Assembly: GCA_964447495.1 (NCBI GenBank)
Contig: CAYUTF010000053.1
Span: 1 to 22,682 of the forward strand
Origin: an uncultured archaeon
GTDB lineage: Archaea > Asgardarchaeota > Lokiarchaeia > Sigyniarchaeales > SOKP01
Direction of reading: 5' to 3'
DNA: 22,682 bases
The first letter of the stretch is position 1. The number at the start of each line of letters is the position of its first letter. Positions 1 through 10,356 of this stretch are shown here, one piece after another. Under the pieces are notes generated by a model that saw only the letters and a program-made list of their open reading frames with translations, made no database searches and was not told the origin of the DNA. A program made the position numbers and the translations under genes.

Positions 1-164
1 ATGTTTTTTATATAAGAGAATCAAATATTATTTATTTTTTATTAATTTTAGAAAGGATTTTCAGTTGACTTCTAAATCCTAACAGCCAAATATTAATAAT
101 CAATAAGCTCAAATTTAATATGTCCAAGATTAATCTAATACTTAAACTATATGAGGTTTCAAAA

Positions 165-650
165 ATGCCAGAAAAAAAAGTTGAATTAAAGGTTGGTGAT
201 CTCGCTCCAAAATTTTGTCTTCCAGATAAAGATAACAAAGAAATTTGTTTAGATAATTTCAAAGATAAATATAAGGTTGTATATTTTTACCCAAAAGATA
301 ATACACCTGGATGTACAACTGAAGCAATAGGCTTTACAGGAATTTTACCAGAGTTACAAAAACTTGATGCGATGGTTATTGGAATTAGCCCCGATAGTAT
401 TGAATCACATAAGAAATTTGCAGAAAAGAAGAACTTAAAAGTAACACTCTTAAGTGATCTAGAAAAAGAAGTAATCAAGAAATATGGTGCATGGGGTCAA
501 AAAAAATTTCGCGGAAAAACGTATATGGGAGTAATACGAAGTACCTTTTTAGTTGATCCGGCAGGTAAAGTAGCACATATTTGGCCCAAAGTAAGTGTTA
601 ATGGTCATGCAGAAGAAGTAAAAGCTAAATTAACAGATTTATCTACTTAG
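165..650 (+). CDS. bcp: Bcp/PrxQ-type thioredoxin-dependent peroxiredoxin
   Basis: Motifs YFYPKDNTPGCTTEA (peroxidatic Cys), GISPD and RSTFLVD. Start placed at ATG 165, which follows a GAGGT RBS-like motif, rather than ORF-track start 120. Confidence 0.92.
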   Translation: MPEKKVELKVGDLAPKFCLPDKDNKEICLDNFKDKYKVVYFYPKDNTPGCTTEAIGFTGILPELQKLDAMVIGISPDSIESHKKFAEKKNLKVTLLSDLEKEVIKKYGAWGQKKFRGKTYMGVIRSTFLVDPAGKVAHIWPKVSVNGHAEEVKAKLTDLST

Positions 651-838
651 AGCTTCTCTTGATTTCTTTATATTTTATTAGTTCTCTAATTCTAATTTTT
701 ATAAATAAAAATCATCCTTTTAAAAATCTAATAGATAATAACCCTCAGATTGATATTTAATTATTTACCTTATTAAATTGATATTAATCTATTTGAAAAT
801 ATATAAAGATATTAACTTATAAATTGATGATTTGTTAA

Positions 839-1405
839 ATGAATGTTAAAGAAGCTATAGAAATTAGACGGGCATACCGATCTTTAGAATCAATTGAGAT
901 CGATGATAACTTAATAAACGATTTAGCTCATGCTGCACAAATTGCTCCATCCTGTAATAATAATCAACCATGGCATTTCATTTTTGTCTATGAAAAAGAA
1001 CAACTACAAAAGCTATTTACAATCTTAACTCCTCATAATAAATGGATCGAGAAAGCTTCAATGATGATTGCTGTATTTTCAAATCCAAAAAATGATTGTA
1101 TAATCAATGAAAGAAAGTATTATCTTTTCGATACCGGCTTAGCAGTGGCTTTTATTATATTAAGGGCTACAGAACTAGGATTAGTTGCACATCCAATTGC
1201 TGGTTTTGATGAGAAAAAAGCAAAGGAAATATTAGAAATACCTGAAGAAATGAGACTAATTACTTTTATAAATATAGGTAAGCATTCTAGTGAGATTAAT
1301 CCCGTATTAAGCGAACCTATGAAGTTAGGTGAAAAACAAAGACCACCACGTAAATCTCTCTCTGAATTTGTGTACTTAAATAAATACGGAAATAATGCAA
1401 AATAA
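839..1405 (+). CDS. Nitroreductase-family flavoprotein
   Basis: N-terminal [39 protein letters not shown] and GFDE motifs typical of FMN nitroreductases. Confidence 0.9.
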   Translation: MNVKEAIEIRRAYRSLESIEIDDNLINDLAHAAQIAPSCNNNQPWHFIFVYEKEQLQKLFTILTPHNKWIEKASMMIAVFSNPKNDCIINERKYYLFDTGLAVAFIILRATELGLVAHPIAGFDEKKAKEILEIPEEMRLITFINIGKHSSEINPVLSEPMKLGEKQRPPRKSLSEFVYLNKYGNNAK

Positions 1406-1407
1406 TT

Positions 1408-3531
1408 ATGTCGGAAAGAAAAATACAAAGGGAAAATCAGCCTAATAGATTGATTAATGAAAAAAGTCCTTATCTAATTCAACACGCTTATAATCCTGTA
1501 GATTGGTACCCTTGGGGAGATGAAGCATTCCAAAAAGCAAAAAGTGAAGATAAACCAATATTTTTATCAATAGGATACTCCACTTGTCATTGGTGCCATG
1601 TGATGGCTCATGAATCTTTTGAAGATAATGAGGTTGCTAAGTTAATGAATGATGTTTTTGTATCGATTAAAGTTGATCGCGAAGAACGTCCGGATATTGA
1701 TAGTGTATATATGACCGTATGTCAATTGATATCTCATTCAGGTGGTTGGCCATTAACAATCATTATGACTCCTGAGAAGAAAGCCTTTTTTGCTGGAACA
1801 TATTTTCCTAAAGAAACACGTTTTGGAAGAACTGGTTTAAAAGATATAATTTTCAAAATAAGAGAATTATGGAATAATGAAAGAGATCAATTAATTGAAT
1901 CAAGTGAGAAGATCACTGAAATTTTGCAAGAAGCCACATTAGAAGCTCCTGGAATAAGTTTAAATGAATACAATCTCAATGATGCGCTTCAGCAATTAGT
2001 TAGAAACTTTGATAAAAATTACGGAGGATTTGGACAACGACCAAAATTTCCAAGCCCACATAATTTACTATTTTTATTAAGAATGTGGAAAAGAACTGGA
2101 AACAAGGAGATTCTATTTATTGTTGAAAAAACTCTCCAAGCAATGAGAAGTGGAGGAATTTACGATCATATCGGTTTTGGGTTTCATCGGTATTCAACTG
2201 ATCAAAAATGGTTAGTTCCTCATTTTGAAAAGATGTTGTATGATCAAGCTATGCTTGCAATTGCATATACCGAAGCGTATCAAGCAACAAAAAATATGCT
2301 ATACGGAAAAACAGCGAAGGAAATTTTTAATTATATTTTAAGGGATATGACTTCAAAAGATGGGGGTTTTTATTCTGCAGAAGATGCCGATAGCGCGGGT
2401 GTGGAAGGTAAATTTTACGTTTGGTCATATAATGAATTGCGAGATATTTTAGAGAAAAAAGAACTTGAATTCTTGACTAAGGTCTTTAATATTAATGAAA
2501 AAGGGAATTATCGCGAAGAAGCGACTCAAGAATTGACAGGAAAAAATATTTTGCATTTAACAGAATCAATTGAAGATTTAGCAAATAAATTAAGTATTGA
2601 ACTACAGGAATTTAAAGATTTATTAGAATCTATACGCAAAAAATTATTTATTCAAAGAGAAAAGAGAATTCATCCTCATAAGGACGATAAAATCTTAACA
2701 GATTGGAATGGTTTAATGATTGCTGCATTATCTCTAGGAGCATATGTTTTTAATGATAATAAATACCTGGAAACAGCGAAAGGAGCGGTAAAGTTCATAT
2801 TAACTAATTTAAGAGACACACAAGGAAGACTTTTGCACAGATATCGTGAAGAAAGTGGTGAATTAAAAGCATATTTAGATGATTATGCTTTTTTTGTATG
2901 GGGTCTGATAAATCTTTATGAAGCAACCTTGGATTCATATTATTTAGAATTAGCGATTGAGTTGAGCAATGATCAATTAAAATATTTTTGGGATAATAAT
3001 ATTGGTGCTTTCTTTTTTACTGCAAGTGATGCGGAGAAACTAATCGCTCGCAGAAAAGAAATTTACGATGGTGCAATCCCTTCAGGAAATTCTGTTGCAA
3101 TGTTAAACTTATTACGGTTAAGTCAATTAACTGGGGAACAAGAGTTTGAGGAAAAAGCGGATATTCTTGGAAGAGTATTTGCTGATAATGTTAAACAAAA
3201 CCCACTAGGTTATACTTTTTATTTGAGTGCAGTTGATTTTGCACTCGGACCAACTTATAGTCTAGTGATCTCGGGAGATACTGGTAAGGAAGACACGGAT
3301 AATCTTCTAAAAATCATTAAAGATCATTACCTCCCAAATAAAGCATTATTACACCGACCTACTGAAGATGAGACTCCGAAAATTGATGAACTCTCAAATT
3401 TCATTACATATTTTGATAAACATGAAAATAAAGCAACAGCATATGTCTGTATAAATAAAACATGCAAACCTCCGACAAATGATGGTGCTAAAATGCTCGA
3501 ATACTTAAATCCTATTAGAAAAACTGTTTAA
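1408..3531 (+). CDS. yyaL: Thioredoxin-domain protein YyaL/SSP411 (SPATA20 family)
   Basis: [93 protein letters not shown]. Starts 2 nt after the nitroreductase stop, so probably co-transcribed. Confidence 0.95.
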   Translation: MSERKIQRENQPNRLINEKSPYLIQHAYNPVDWYPWGDEAFQKAKSEDKPIFLSIGYSTCHWCHVMAHESFEDNEVAKLMNDVFVSIKVDREERPDIDSVYMTVCQLISHSGGWPLTIIMTPEKKAFFAGTYFPKETRFGRTGLKDIIFKIRELWNNERDQLIESSEKITEILQEATLEAPGISLNEYNLNDALQQLVRNFDKNYGGFGQRPKFPSPHNLLFLLRMWKRTGNKEILFIVEKTLQAMRSGGIYDHIGFGFHRYSTDQKWLVPHFEKMLYDQAMLAIAYTEAYQATKNMLYGKTAKEIFNYILRDMTSKDGGFYSAEDADSAGVEGKFYVWSYNELRDILEKKELEFLTKVFNINEKGNYREEATQELTGKNILHLTESIEDLANKLSIELQEFKDLLESIRKKLFIQREKRIHPHKDDKILTDWNGLMIAALSLGAYVFNDNKYLETAKGAVKFILTNLRDTQGRLLHRYREESGELKAYLDDYAFFVWGLINLYEATLDSYYLELAIELSNDQLKYFWDNNIGAFFFTASDAEKLIARRKEIYDGAIPSGNSVAMLNLLRLSQLTGEQEFEEKADILGRVFADNVKQNPLGYTFYLSAVDFALGPTYSLVISGDTGKEDTDNLLKIIKDHYLPNKALLHRPTEDETPKIDELSNFITYFDKHENKATAYVCINKTCKPPTNDGAKMLEYLNPIRKTV

Positions 3532-3650
3532 CTTTTGCGTTAAATTTGTTACACTCGCTTTAGAAGGCTCTCAATGACTCTATTATAATCTAAGTAAGTA
3601 AAATATTTTATATTTTAATTGGAAAGATAAGATAGAAAAAAAATATGTTC

Positions 3651-4064
3651 TTATAGATTAAATTCATCTATTTTCTTAATTACTAAATTTTTTAATTCTT
3701 CAATTTCTTTTACACTATTCATCTCTTCTTGTGAGATAAAAAGACTTAACTCTCCATTTTCTAAAACATATGCAGAAGGAAATTTAGCATCAGTAACCTT
3801 GAACTTTTCATCAAATTCATCCTTATGAAGAAATTCGAATGAAAATTTATCTTTCTTCTTAAATTCTACAGGTACATCGAGATTACTGACAAAATTCTTC
3901 CAATCCTTTTTCATACCAAATGCTCCGAATGTTACTTGGCATAGATTACATCCATATGTACTTTTTCTAAAGGTTTTATGTAAAGTATCCTTAAGACCTG
4001 TAAAAACACCCCCACTATCCGCATTATACACAAAAATTAGTTTGGTTTCCTCTACATCACTCAT
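3651..4064 (-). CDS. Conserved hypothetical small CxxC protein (LIFVYNADSG...CNLC; possible thioredoxin-like fold)
   Basis: 137-aa ORF with ATG start, LIFVYNADSG segment, CNLC motif and a later FP motif resembling the thioredoxin cis-Pro region. Confidence 0.7.
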   Translation of the reverse strand: MSDVEETKLIFVYNADSGGVFTGLKDTLHKTFRKSTYGCNLCQVTFGAFGMKKDWKNFVSNLDVPVEFKKKDKFSFEFLHKDEFDEKFKVTDAKFPSAYVLENGELSLFISQEEMNSVKEIEELKNLVIKKIDEFNL

Positions 4065-4246
4065 TATAAATCATTATTCTATTATTTAATACTTATATGG
4101 TATTAGTGTAATTTTCAAATTTTTTTAATTTACAGATTATAAATCATAAATCAATTGATTTGTAAATAAAGGAATAAAATATATGGTTTATATAACGCTA
4201 TTCCTTGTAAAAGATAAAGTAGTTAATCTCAAAATTTTATTAAGTA

Positions 4247-4636
4247 TTACCTTAGAAAAATCTCCCTGATTTTTTCCATTCTCTTTCGGTTAGTATTCCA
4301 GTCATAGCCTCCAATACGAGATTGAGATCTAAATTGAAGTAACTTATTAGTTTCATCAAAAATAAATTCGACATCATCCTTGAACCTAAATAAACCTGTT
4401 GTAAATTGAAAATGTAAATAATTGACTTCTTCTTTAAGTAATTGAGTTCTTTTAAGAGTATTTATGATGCTTTTGATCCTGCTTTTTGCTTCTTCAAGGG
4501 GGACAGTATAATTAATTGGTTCGATATAATGAACTTCATCATCTTTGTTAGCTTGGGTAGAAACACATACATGATGTTTATCACACGGATAAAATTTGCC
4601 ATCCTTTAATCCAACTTTTCTCTCTTCTTTAGGCAT
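4247..4636 (-). CDS. DUF1499 family protein
   Basis: PCDKHHVCVSTQ (cf. PCPxxPNCVSSQ), FRFKDDVEF and RSQSRIGGYDWNTNRKR match the DUF1499 pattern. ATG at 4636 preferred over GTG at 4645. Confidence 0.85.
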   Translation of the reverse strand: MPKEERKVGLKDGKFYPCDKHHVCVSTQANKDDEVHYIEPINYTVPLEEAKSRIKSIINTLKRTQLLKEEVNYLHFQFTTGLFRFKDDVEFIFDETNKLLQFRSQSRIGGYDWNTNRKRMEKIREIFLR

Positions 4637-4750
4637 AATAATCACTATTTTAATGTTTAATCTAGATGATCTGAAGATATTATAAATAAATTCTTTTTAT
4701 AAAATCTAAATGTTTCATTATAAAAGGAAATAAACCATCAAATTGCTATT

Positions 4751-6061
4751 TTAAATATCGAGAATATCTTTAATATCTTCTATTATTTTGCTTATATCAA
4801 AATATTGAGTATTACCTGTTTCAATAAATATCTTAATCTCATCCACATATCTTTCTTCGAAATCTTTGAGAAAATAAGCTAGTCTTTCCTTCAAACTTTT
4901 CTTAGCTGGTTTTGAGAGGATTAATGCAATTTTAACCCAATTACCATAGGTCGCATGGATATAAAAGCCTTTATAATTTATTTCATTCATAGATTCAGTG
5001 CCGCCAATTTCAGATATAAACGAATCCATTGCACTTAGGAAGCCTGAAACCAATTCTTGATCTATTTCTAAATCTTCACGCGAAAATGTAACTAAGGGTA
5101 ATCCAGATTTACGATCAATAACTAATAGCGTTCTAAAAATCTCTCGATATAAAGGTTTTCTAATAAGAGATTGCTCTTTCTCTAAAGCTTCGTCTTTAGG
5201 TAATAGCTCGTACATCGAAAATTTTTTGGGATTATAGGAATCTGATTCACTAAATGCGTACTCAGAAATCTTAACTACTCTAGAAGGAGCCCGAATCGGT
5301 TCTCGAGGTAATTTCCGTATATAATTCTCACTTGCTTTATCATTTTGATCTCTTGATTTCTTTCCTTTTGTTATTCCTAATACTCTTTGATGAATTGGAT
5401 CCACTACATAAAGCCAGACATTTAGTTTTTCCATATCAGCAACAATTCTTTCAAATCCAATATTGTAAATACCTTTTGGAGTTGTAACTAATATACTCCA
5501 ATGGGCGATTTTTGAGGATTCATTTAAAAGATAGAAAGTATTTTGATAAGATTCTTCATTCATTTCTACACCTGTTCGCACTATTACCGCTTCAGTTCTT
5601 AAACGTGGAGTCTTCTTAACTAAATATAAATCTAAATTATATACTGATTCATCTCTCTCTGTTGTATCAAACACAGAAATATTCAAATCAGCGCAATAAT
5701 CACCAAATACTTCGATTAATTCATTTTTTGCTATAAAGTCAAATCGAGTAAGGTATTTGCCAATTTTATTGTCTTTGAGAAGCATATCCGCTATAAAGGA
5801 TAGAGAATTAGGATAAATATCGCGTAATTCCTTAATAGTGCTATATTTTTCATAAAAATGCTTACTTATATAATCAAGATAATCAAGTTTCGTTAATTCT
5901 TTATCTTTAGGTACATGAATCTTATTATTTTTTACAAAACTTTCCAATTCCTTAAATCTCACTCTTACAATAAGACAATTTAAACATAATATTCCAATCT
6001 TACCCGCGTTTTCTTGACGGATGATTTCTAATATTTCTTCTAGACGCTCTTCTCTACTCAT
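4751..6061 (-). CDS. Hypothetical protein with a central restriction-endonuclease-like (Mrr-like) region and a C-terminal longin-like domain
   Basis: C-terminal ~125 aa (LLVIDRKSGLPL...DQELVSGFLSAMDSFISEI...) fit the Asgard longin-like pattern. The central DLYLVK...SILVTTPKG...LYVVDP segment resembles Mrr_cat topology. Confidence 0.65.
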   Translation of the reverse strand: MSREERLEEILEIIRQENAGKIGILCLNCLIVRVRFKELESFVKNNKIHVPKDKELTKLDYLDYISKHFYEKYSTIKELRDIYPNSLSFIADMLLKDNKIGKYLTRFDFIAKNELIEVFGDYCADLNISVFDTTERDESVYNLDLYLVKKTPRLRTEAVIVRTGVEMNEESYQNTFYLLNESSKIAHWSILVTTPKGIYNIGFERIVADMEKLNVWLYVVDPIHQRVLGITKGKKSRDQNDKASENYIRKLPREPIRAPSRVVKISEYAFSESDSYNPKKFSMYELLPKDEALEKEQSLIRKPLYREIFRTLLVIDRKSGLPLVTFSREDLEIDQELVSGFLSAMDSFISEIGGTESMNEINYKGFYIHATYGNWVKIALILSKPAKKSLKERLAYFLKDFEERYVDEIKIFIETGNTQYFDISKIIEDIKDILDI

Positions 6062-6142
6062 ATTGGTAATTATAGATTTTTAATTTTAAAAGATTTTTCT
6101 TTAAATTAATTAATCTCACACATTTAATGTAAGCTAATTATT

Positions 6143-6775
6143 TCATTTTTCTTTAAAAAGAAGATAGGCATCCCTTAATCTTAATAAAGCAGTAATAAAA
6201 ACCAAAATCGCAAAAGTCCAAAGCAGAATAATTCTCCAAAAATAAAATATAACTATTGCTAAAAAAAATATCAAAGTTTCTGAACGTTCCATTAAACCTC
6301 CATGATAATAAATTACTTTCTTTTTATCATTAATTTCTTCAGAATTATAAGCTCCTCCAATTAATAAGAACATGGTGATACAGAGGATAATAGCGCCTAA
6401 TGAGAATAATCCCGGATATATCAAATCTTTTAAATTAGTAGAAACGATTGAGATGATTATGAAAATTTCTACAGTTCTATCACAAAATATATCTAAAATC
6501 CCCCCAAAAATAGTTTTTCCTTTAGCTCTTGCTAGAGCTCCATCTAATGTATCAAAAAAGAATGAAATTATCATTAATACTATTGAAATTACTATTAAAA
6601 TGAAATTTAATTGTAAAAAAAGGTTACTTAAAAATATCGTAAGTGCAGTTAACAAACCTATTATTAAACCAATTATCGTAATTAAATTAGGCGAAACTCT
6701 CCCAAGAAATAATTTCTGAACAAAATTATCATAGGAATTTTTTAGTTTTGATTTTGATAACCACTTATCAATCAT
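6143..6775 (-). CDS. CDP-alcohol phosphatidyltransferase family protein
   Basis: Signature DTLDGALARAKGKTIFGGILDIFCDR, an SPNLIT motif and multiple hydrophobic helices. Confidence 0.92.
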   Translation of the reverse strand: MIDKWLSKSKLKNSYDNFVQKLFLGRVSPNLITIIGLIIGLLTALTIFLSNLFLQLNFILIVISIVLMIISFFFDTLDGALARAKGKTIFGGILDIFCDRTVEIFIIISIVSTNLKDLIYPGLFSLGAIILCITMFLLIGGAYNSEEINDKKKVIYYHGGLMERSETLIFFLAIVIFYFWRIILLWTFAILVFITALLRLRDAYLLFKEK

Positions 6776-6952
6776 TTCTTCTCAATTATTATTTATGAAT
6801 ATTTTTTAATAAATCACTCTTTTAGGTATCATTAGTTGTTATTATATATATTATCAAGCTGTTTTAGTGCATTATTATCTAATTGAATTAGTCTTAAAAT
6901 CGGTTTAATAAATCTAAATAAAAGATATTAAAGAGTAGTTCCAATAAATAAT

Positions 6953-6961
6953 AAAAAAAAA
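6953..6961 (-). terminator. Possible archaeal oligo-U terminator of the hdr-flx operon
   Basis: T9 run on the minus strand starting 2 nt after the flxA stop. Weak evidence in an AT-rich genome. Confidence 0.35.
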
Positions 6962-6962
6962 G

Positions 6963-7802
6963 TTAATATTCATTAGACATTTTTTTAAGTTCAGCAAGTG
7001 AGAATACAGGGCCATCAACACATACAAATTTATTTCCGATGTTGCATCTTCCGCACTTTCCGATACCACACTTCATTCTCATTTCTAGCGAATTTAATAT
7101 TTGTTCATCTTTCCACCCAAGGTTAACCAGCTCAGCTACCGCAGTTCTTATCATTATTGGAGGACCACAAACAACTGCTACGCCTTTATCCGGAGGTGGA
7201 GCAACTTTTTTAACGATTGCAGCTACAAAGCCAACTTCATGAGTCCATCCTTCTTCCTCACGATCGATGGTTAGCACCACCTTAATATCTTCTCGCTTCT
7301 CCCATTCTTCTAAAATTTCTCGATAAAGTAGTTCCCCGGAATCGCGGTTTCCATAAATAACTGTGATATTCCCATAATCATTCCTATGCTTTTTATCAAG
7401 CATAAATAAAATGAGAGACCTTAAAGTGGAAAATGCAAAGCCACCACCAATTACTACAATATTTTTTCCTTTCATCTCTTCTATTGGCCACCCATTTCCT
7501 AATGGACCTCTCACACCAACAGTATCTCCCATTTCACAATTGTGAAATCCAGAAGTTACAGTGCCCATTTTTTTAATTGTAAATTTTATTGTTCCTTCTT
7601 CAGTGGGAGAAGATGCTATTCCGATTGGGCATTCTCCTTTTCCTAATATACTAATTTCGGCAAATTGCCCCGGAATATAATCAAATGCTTTATAATCTTC
7701 GTCTTTCTTAAACTTTAATTCAATAGTTTTAATATCATTTACTTTATTCTCGGATACAAGTGATGCTACGGTGGTTAACATTGGAATATAAGGATTAGTC
7801 AT
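6963..7802 (-). CDS. flxA: FAD/NAD(P)-binding [2Fe-2S] oxidoreductase (FlxA/AsrB/PyrK-like)
   Basis: PGQF, VRGPLGNGW, GGGFAFSTLRS, CGPPIM and MKCGIGKCGRC...VC motifs. Last gene of the hdr operon, with a GAGGT RBS upstream. Confidence 0.88.
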   Translation of the reverse strand: MTNPYIPMLTTVASLVSENKVNDIKTIELKFKKDEDYKAFDYIPGQFAEISILGKGECPIGIASSPTEEGTIKFTIKKMGTVTSGFHNCEMGDTVGVRGPLGNGWPIEEMKGKNIVVIGGGFAFSTLRSLILFMLDKKHRNDYGNITVIYGNRDSGELLYREILEEWEKREDIKVVLTIDREEEGWTHEVGFVAAIVKKVAPPPDKGVAVVCGPPIMIRTAVAELVNLGWKDEQILNSLEMRMKCGIGKCGRCNIGNKFVCVDGPVFSLAELKKMSNEY

Positions 7803-7818
7803 TTATTTTATTTACCTC

Positions 7819-8856
7819 TTAAGATTCTATTGTTTCAATTTTTTTTAGAATTATTCTAAGATCATTATTAGCGGGACAGACATTAACACAGCGCCCGCAA
7901 CCAACACACCCAATTAAGCCGTAATTTTTTGGATAATAACTAAATTTATGCATGATGCGATTTCGACAACGTTCTATTTTGGTTGGACGAGGATTATGAC
8001 CACTTGTTTCTAATGTATAAAGACATGATTGACATGAATCCCAGATTCTTATCCTTCGACCTCGATCATGATAATTATCTTTTTCATCTATAACATCGAA
8101 ACAGGTGCATGTTGGGCATAAAAATGTGCAACTACCGCATCCTATGCAGGATTCACTAATTTCACGCCAAATAGGATGTACAAAATTCTTATCTAAATTT
8201 GATACGATTTTATCCACATCTAGATCAGTTGATATTGATTCTTCTGCTATTTTTGCTAGCTCCTCTGCTTTTTTCAGATCATCATCATTTGGTTTCCCAA
8301 GCCAAGTAAACTTTTGAAATATGCTATTTCCTTTTTCACTTATGATTTCAACTAAATATTTATCTCCCAAATCCACCAAAAATACGTCAACATCTTCCTT
8401 ATTAAAAGGATTTCCCCCTACGGAGGTACAGAAGCACGTTTGTCGAGGGGAGTTGCACCCCATACCTATAAGAACGGTGTTTTCTCTTTTTGTTAAATAA
8501 ATCTCATCCTTACAATCTCCATGAAACGAAAAAAAGTTTGCAAATAACATAAAACTATGGGCATCGCAAGGACGAATTCCAAAAATTATCTTTTTTTCCT
8601 CTAGATCTTTTCGATCCTCAATAATAACTTCTTTTCCTTCATATCGATATTCAAAAAGGACTTCGGTTTCTGGAAATAATATTTCTTTAGGTGGTACTTT
8701 TGAATTCAAAAAATCTAAATCAATATCTTCTGGATTCTCGATCTTTCTAAATGCTACATTTCCCTTCTCATTCACTGGCGCATAAAAAGTATAATCTTTC
8801 ACTAAAGCATTATACAATTTTCCAATATCTTTTTTTAACAAAATTTTATTTTCCAT
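7819..8856 (-). CDS. flxB: 4Fe-4S protein, AsrA/FlxB-like
   Basis: PPKEILFP, GIRPCD, CFCTS, CIGCGSCTFLCPTCTCFD, WDSC and CVGCGRCVNVCP motifs. GGTGAG RBS upstream. Confidence 0.85.
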   Translation of the reverse strand: MENKILLKKDIGKLYNALVKDYTFYAPVNEKGNVAFRKIENPEDIDLDFLNSKVPPKEILFPETEVLFEYRYEGKEVIIEDRKDLEEKKIIFGIRPCDAHSFMLFANFFSFHGDCKDEIYLTKRENTVLIGMGCNSPRQTCFCTSVGGNPFNKEDVDVFLVDLGDKYLVEIISEKGNSIFQKFTWLGKPNDDDLKKAEELAKIAEESISTDLDVDKIVSNLDKNFVHPIWREISESCIGCGSCTFLCPTCTCFDVIDEKDNYHDRGRRIRIWDSCQSCLYTLETSGHNPRPTKIERCRNRIMHKFSYYPKNYGLIGCVGCGRCVNVCPANNDLRIILKKIETIES

Positions 8857-8873
8857 ATAACAAACTCACCTAT

Positions 8874-9881
8874 TTAATCCTCCTCAAGCATAAATTCTTG
8901 TTTATCATCCATTTCAAAATGCATCATTGGTGGCATCTTTTTTAAATCAATACCACTTGTGAAGTTGAAATCTTCTTTTACCATTTTTTCTAATTTCCTT
9001 GTTATTAAATTCAAGTCAATTCCCATTGGACAGACACTACTACAGGCACCGCAAGCGACGCATCTTCCTGCTAAATGTAATGCTCTTACTAAATGAAAAA
9101 TAAAAACCTCTGATTTATCCGTTGTCTTTCCAAACCAAATTGGTTTGTTTTGATCTACGAAACATAAATTACAATAACACATTGGACATGCTTCTCTGCA
9201 AGCATAACATCTGATACAAGGACTCAATACTTCTGTGATATAGTTCCATTTCTCCTCGGGAGTTTTTGCTTCAAATTCCTTTACATCTGAAAATTCATCA
9301 TAAATAGATTCATATTCCACACATTCTCCTACACAGGCATCTGTCTTTGGTGGTGCTCTGATCTTGCATTCTTTACATAACTCATTTATATATTCATCAA
9401 ATGGAAAAGTTTTTTCAAAATCTTTACCTTTCACAATAATATCGTTTCCGGATGCTGAAACTTCTAAGATTTCTTTATCTCCAAGCTCTTTTTCAATTTT
9501 CTTTCTATTAATAATGCCATTACATGGAATACCTATTATTTTAATATTATCTAAATTTACTTGCTTCTCAATTGCCAATTGAATTAAAGCTCTCCCAACA
9601 CAGCCCTTCGCTACAATACCTACTTTTAAATCTCCTTTTTCAGGGTCAATTAACTGTGGCATTCGGGGTGCTAAATATTTCGCTAAATTGATATAACAAA
9701 GATTATTCCAAACAAGTTTCTCAACTTCTTCTTCATTTCTAACAATTATCAACGAGGTTCCTAAAGGAATAGTTCCTTTTGTATAACCTATAACTACATC
9801 AACTTCCTTATTCCTAAGGAGGTCTCTAGCGATTTCTTTAATTTTTTCTTCTATTTTTTGATTTTCTTCTTCAATACCCAT
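8874..9881 (-). CDS. flxC: 4Fe-4S protein with FrhB/FdhB-like N-terminus, FlxC-like
   Basis: VDVVIGY, KVGIVAKGC, IIGIPC, CIRCYACREACPMCYCNLC and HLAGRCVACGACSSVCP motifs. Lies between mvhD and flxB. Confidence 0.8.
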   Translation of the reverse strand: MGIEEENQKIEEKIKEIARDLLRNKEVDVVIGYTKGTIPLGTSLIIVRNEEEVEKLVWNNLCYINLAKYLAPRMPQLIDPEKGDLKVGIVAKGCVGRALIQLAIEKQVNLDNIKIIGIPCNGIINRKKIEKELGDKEILEVSASGNDIIVKGKDFEKTFPFDEYINELCKECKIRAPPKTDACVGECVEYESIYDEFSDVKEFEAKTPEEKWNYITEVLSPCIRCYACREACPMCYCNLCFVDQNKPIWFGKTTDKSEVFIFHLVRALHLAGRCVACGACSSVCPMGIDLNLITRKLEKMVKEDFNFTSGIDLKKMPPMMHFEMDDKQEFMLEED

Positions 9882-9886
9882 CTACA

Positions 9887-10354
9887 TCACCACTTTTTTA
9901 AAAATTTTTTATTCGGTCCTAATTTCTTTACATTTTCTGTTGCTTTTGCAATTAAGTTAGCAAATCGTTCACCTTCAGCAGCTGAAGCCCACATGAAATT
10001 AATTCTGCCCGGTTCTATACCAAAGAACTCTAAAAGCTTGTCGAGCATTGCAAAACGGCGTCTAGCAACTAAATTTCCACTAATATAGTGACAATCACCT
10101 GGATGACAACCTGAAACAACAATTCCATCCCATCCGTCTGTTAAAGCTTTAATGATAAAAAAGGGATTAATTCTACCGGTACATGGAACTCTGACAATTC
10201 TTACAGTTGCAGGGTATTGGATTCTACTTACTCCAGCTAAATCAGCTCCCGCGTAGGAACACCAATTACATAGGAATGCGAGAATTTTCGGCTTCCAATC
10301 CTTATCTTCTTTTATTTCTTTATCCTCTTCTGTTTCAAATACGATTTTACTCAT
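9887..10354 (-). CDS. mvhD: MvhD/FlxD [2Fe-2S] subunit
   Basis: AFLCNWCSYAGADLAG, RVPCTGR, GCHPGDCHY and WASAAEG motifs. GGGAGG RBS upstream. Confidence 0.95.
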   Translation of the reverse strand: MSKIVFETEEDKEIKEDKDWKPKILAFLCNWCSYAGADLAGVSRIQYPATVRIVRVPCTGRINPFFIIKALTDGWDGIVVSGCHPGDCHYISGNLVARRRFAMLDKLLEFFGIEPGRINFMWASAAEGERFANLIAKATENVKKLGPNKKFLKKW

Positions 10355-10356
10355 CT

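Noticed and set aside
651-838. TATA/BRE-like promoter elements here and in other intergenic regions
   Set aside because: Too many candidate TATA-like words in very AT-rich DNA to assign any specifically.
6963-8856. AsrA/AsrB-like genes as anaerobic sulfite reductase or sulfhydrogenase
   Set aside because: No AsrC siroheme subunit or NiFe hydrogenase subunits are present. The position after hdrCBA-mvhD fits Flx.
9845-9892. mvhD ends in TGG-TGA-TGT (W-stop-C), suggesting selenocysteine readthrough
   Set aside because: The TGA lies after the complete MvhD domain and is part of the GGTGA RBS for flxC. Readthrough would add only a short non-conserved tail, and no SECIS-like hairpin was recognised.
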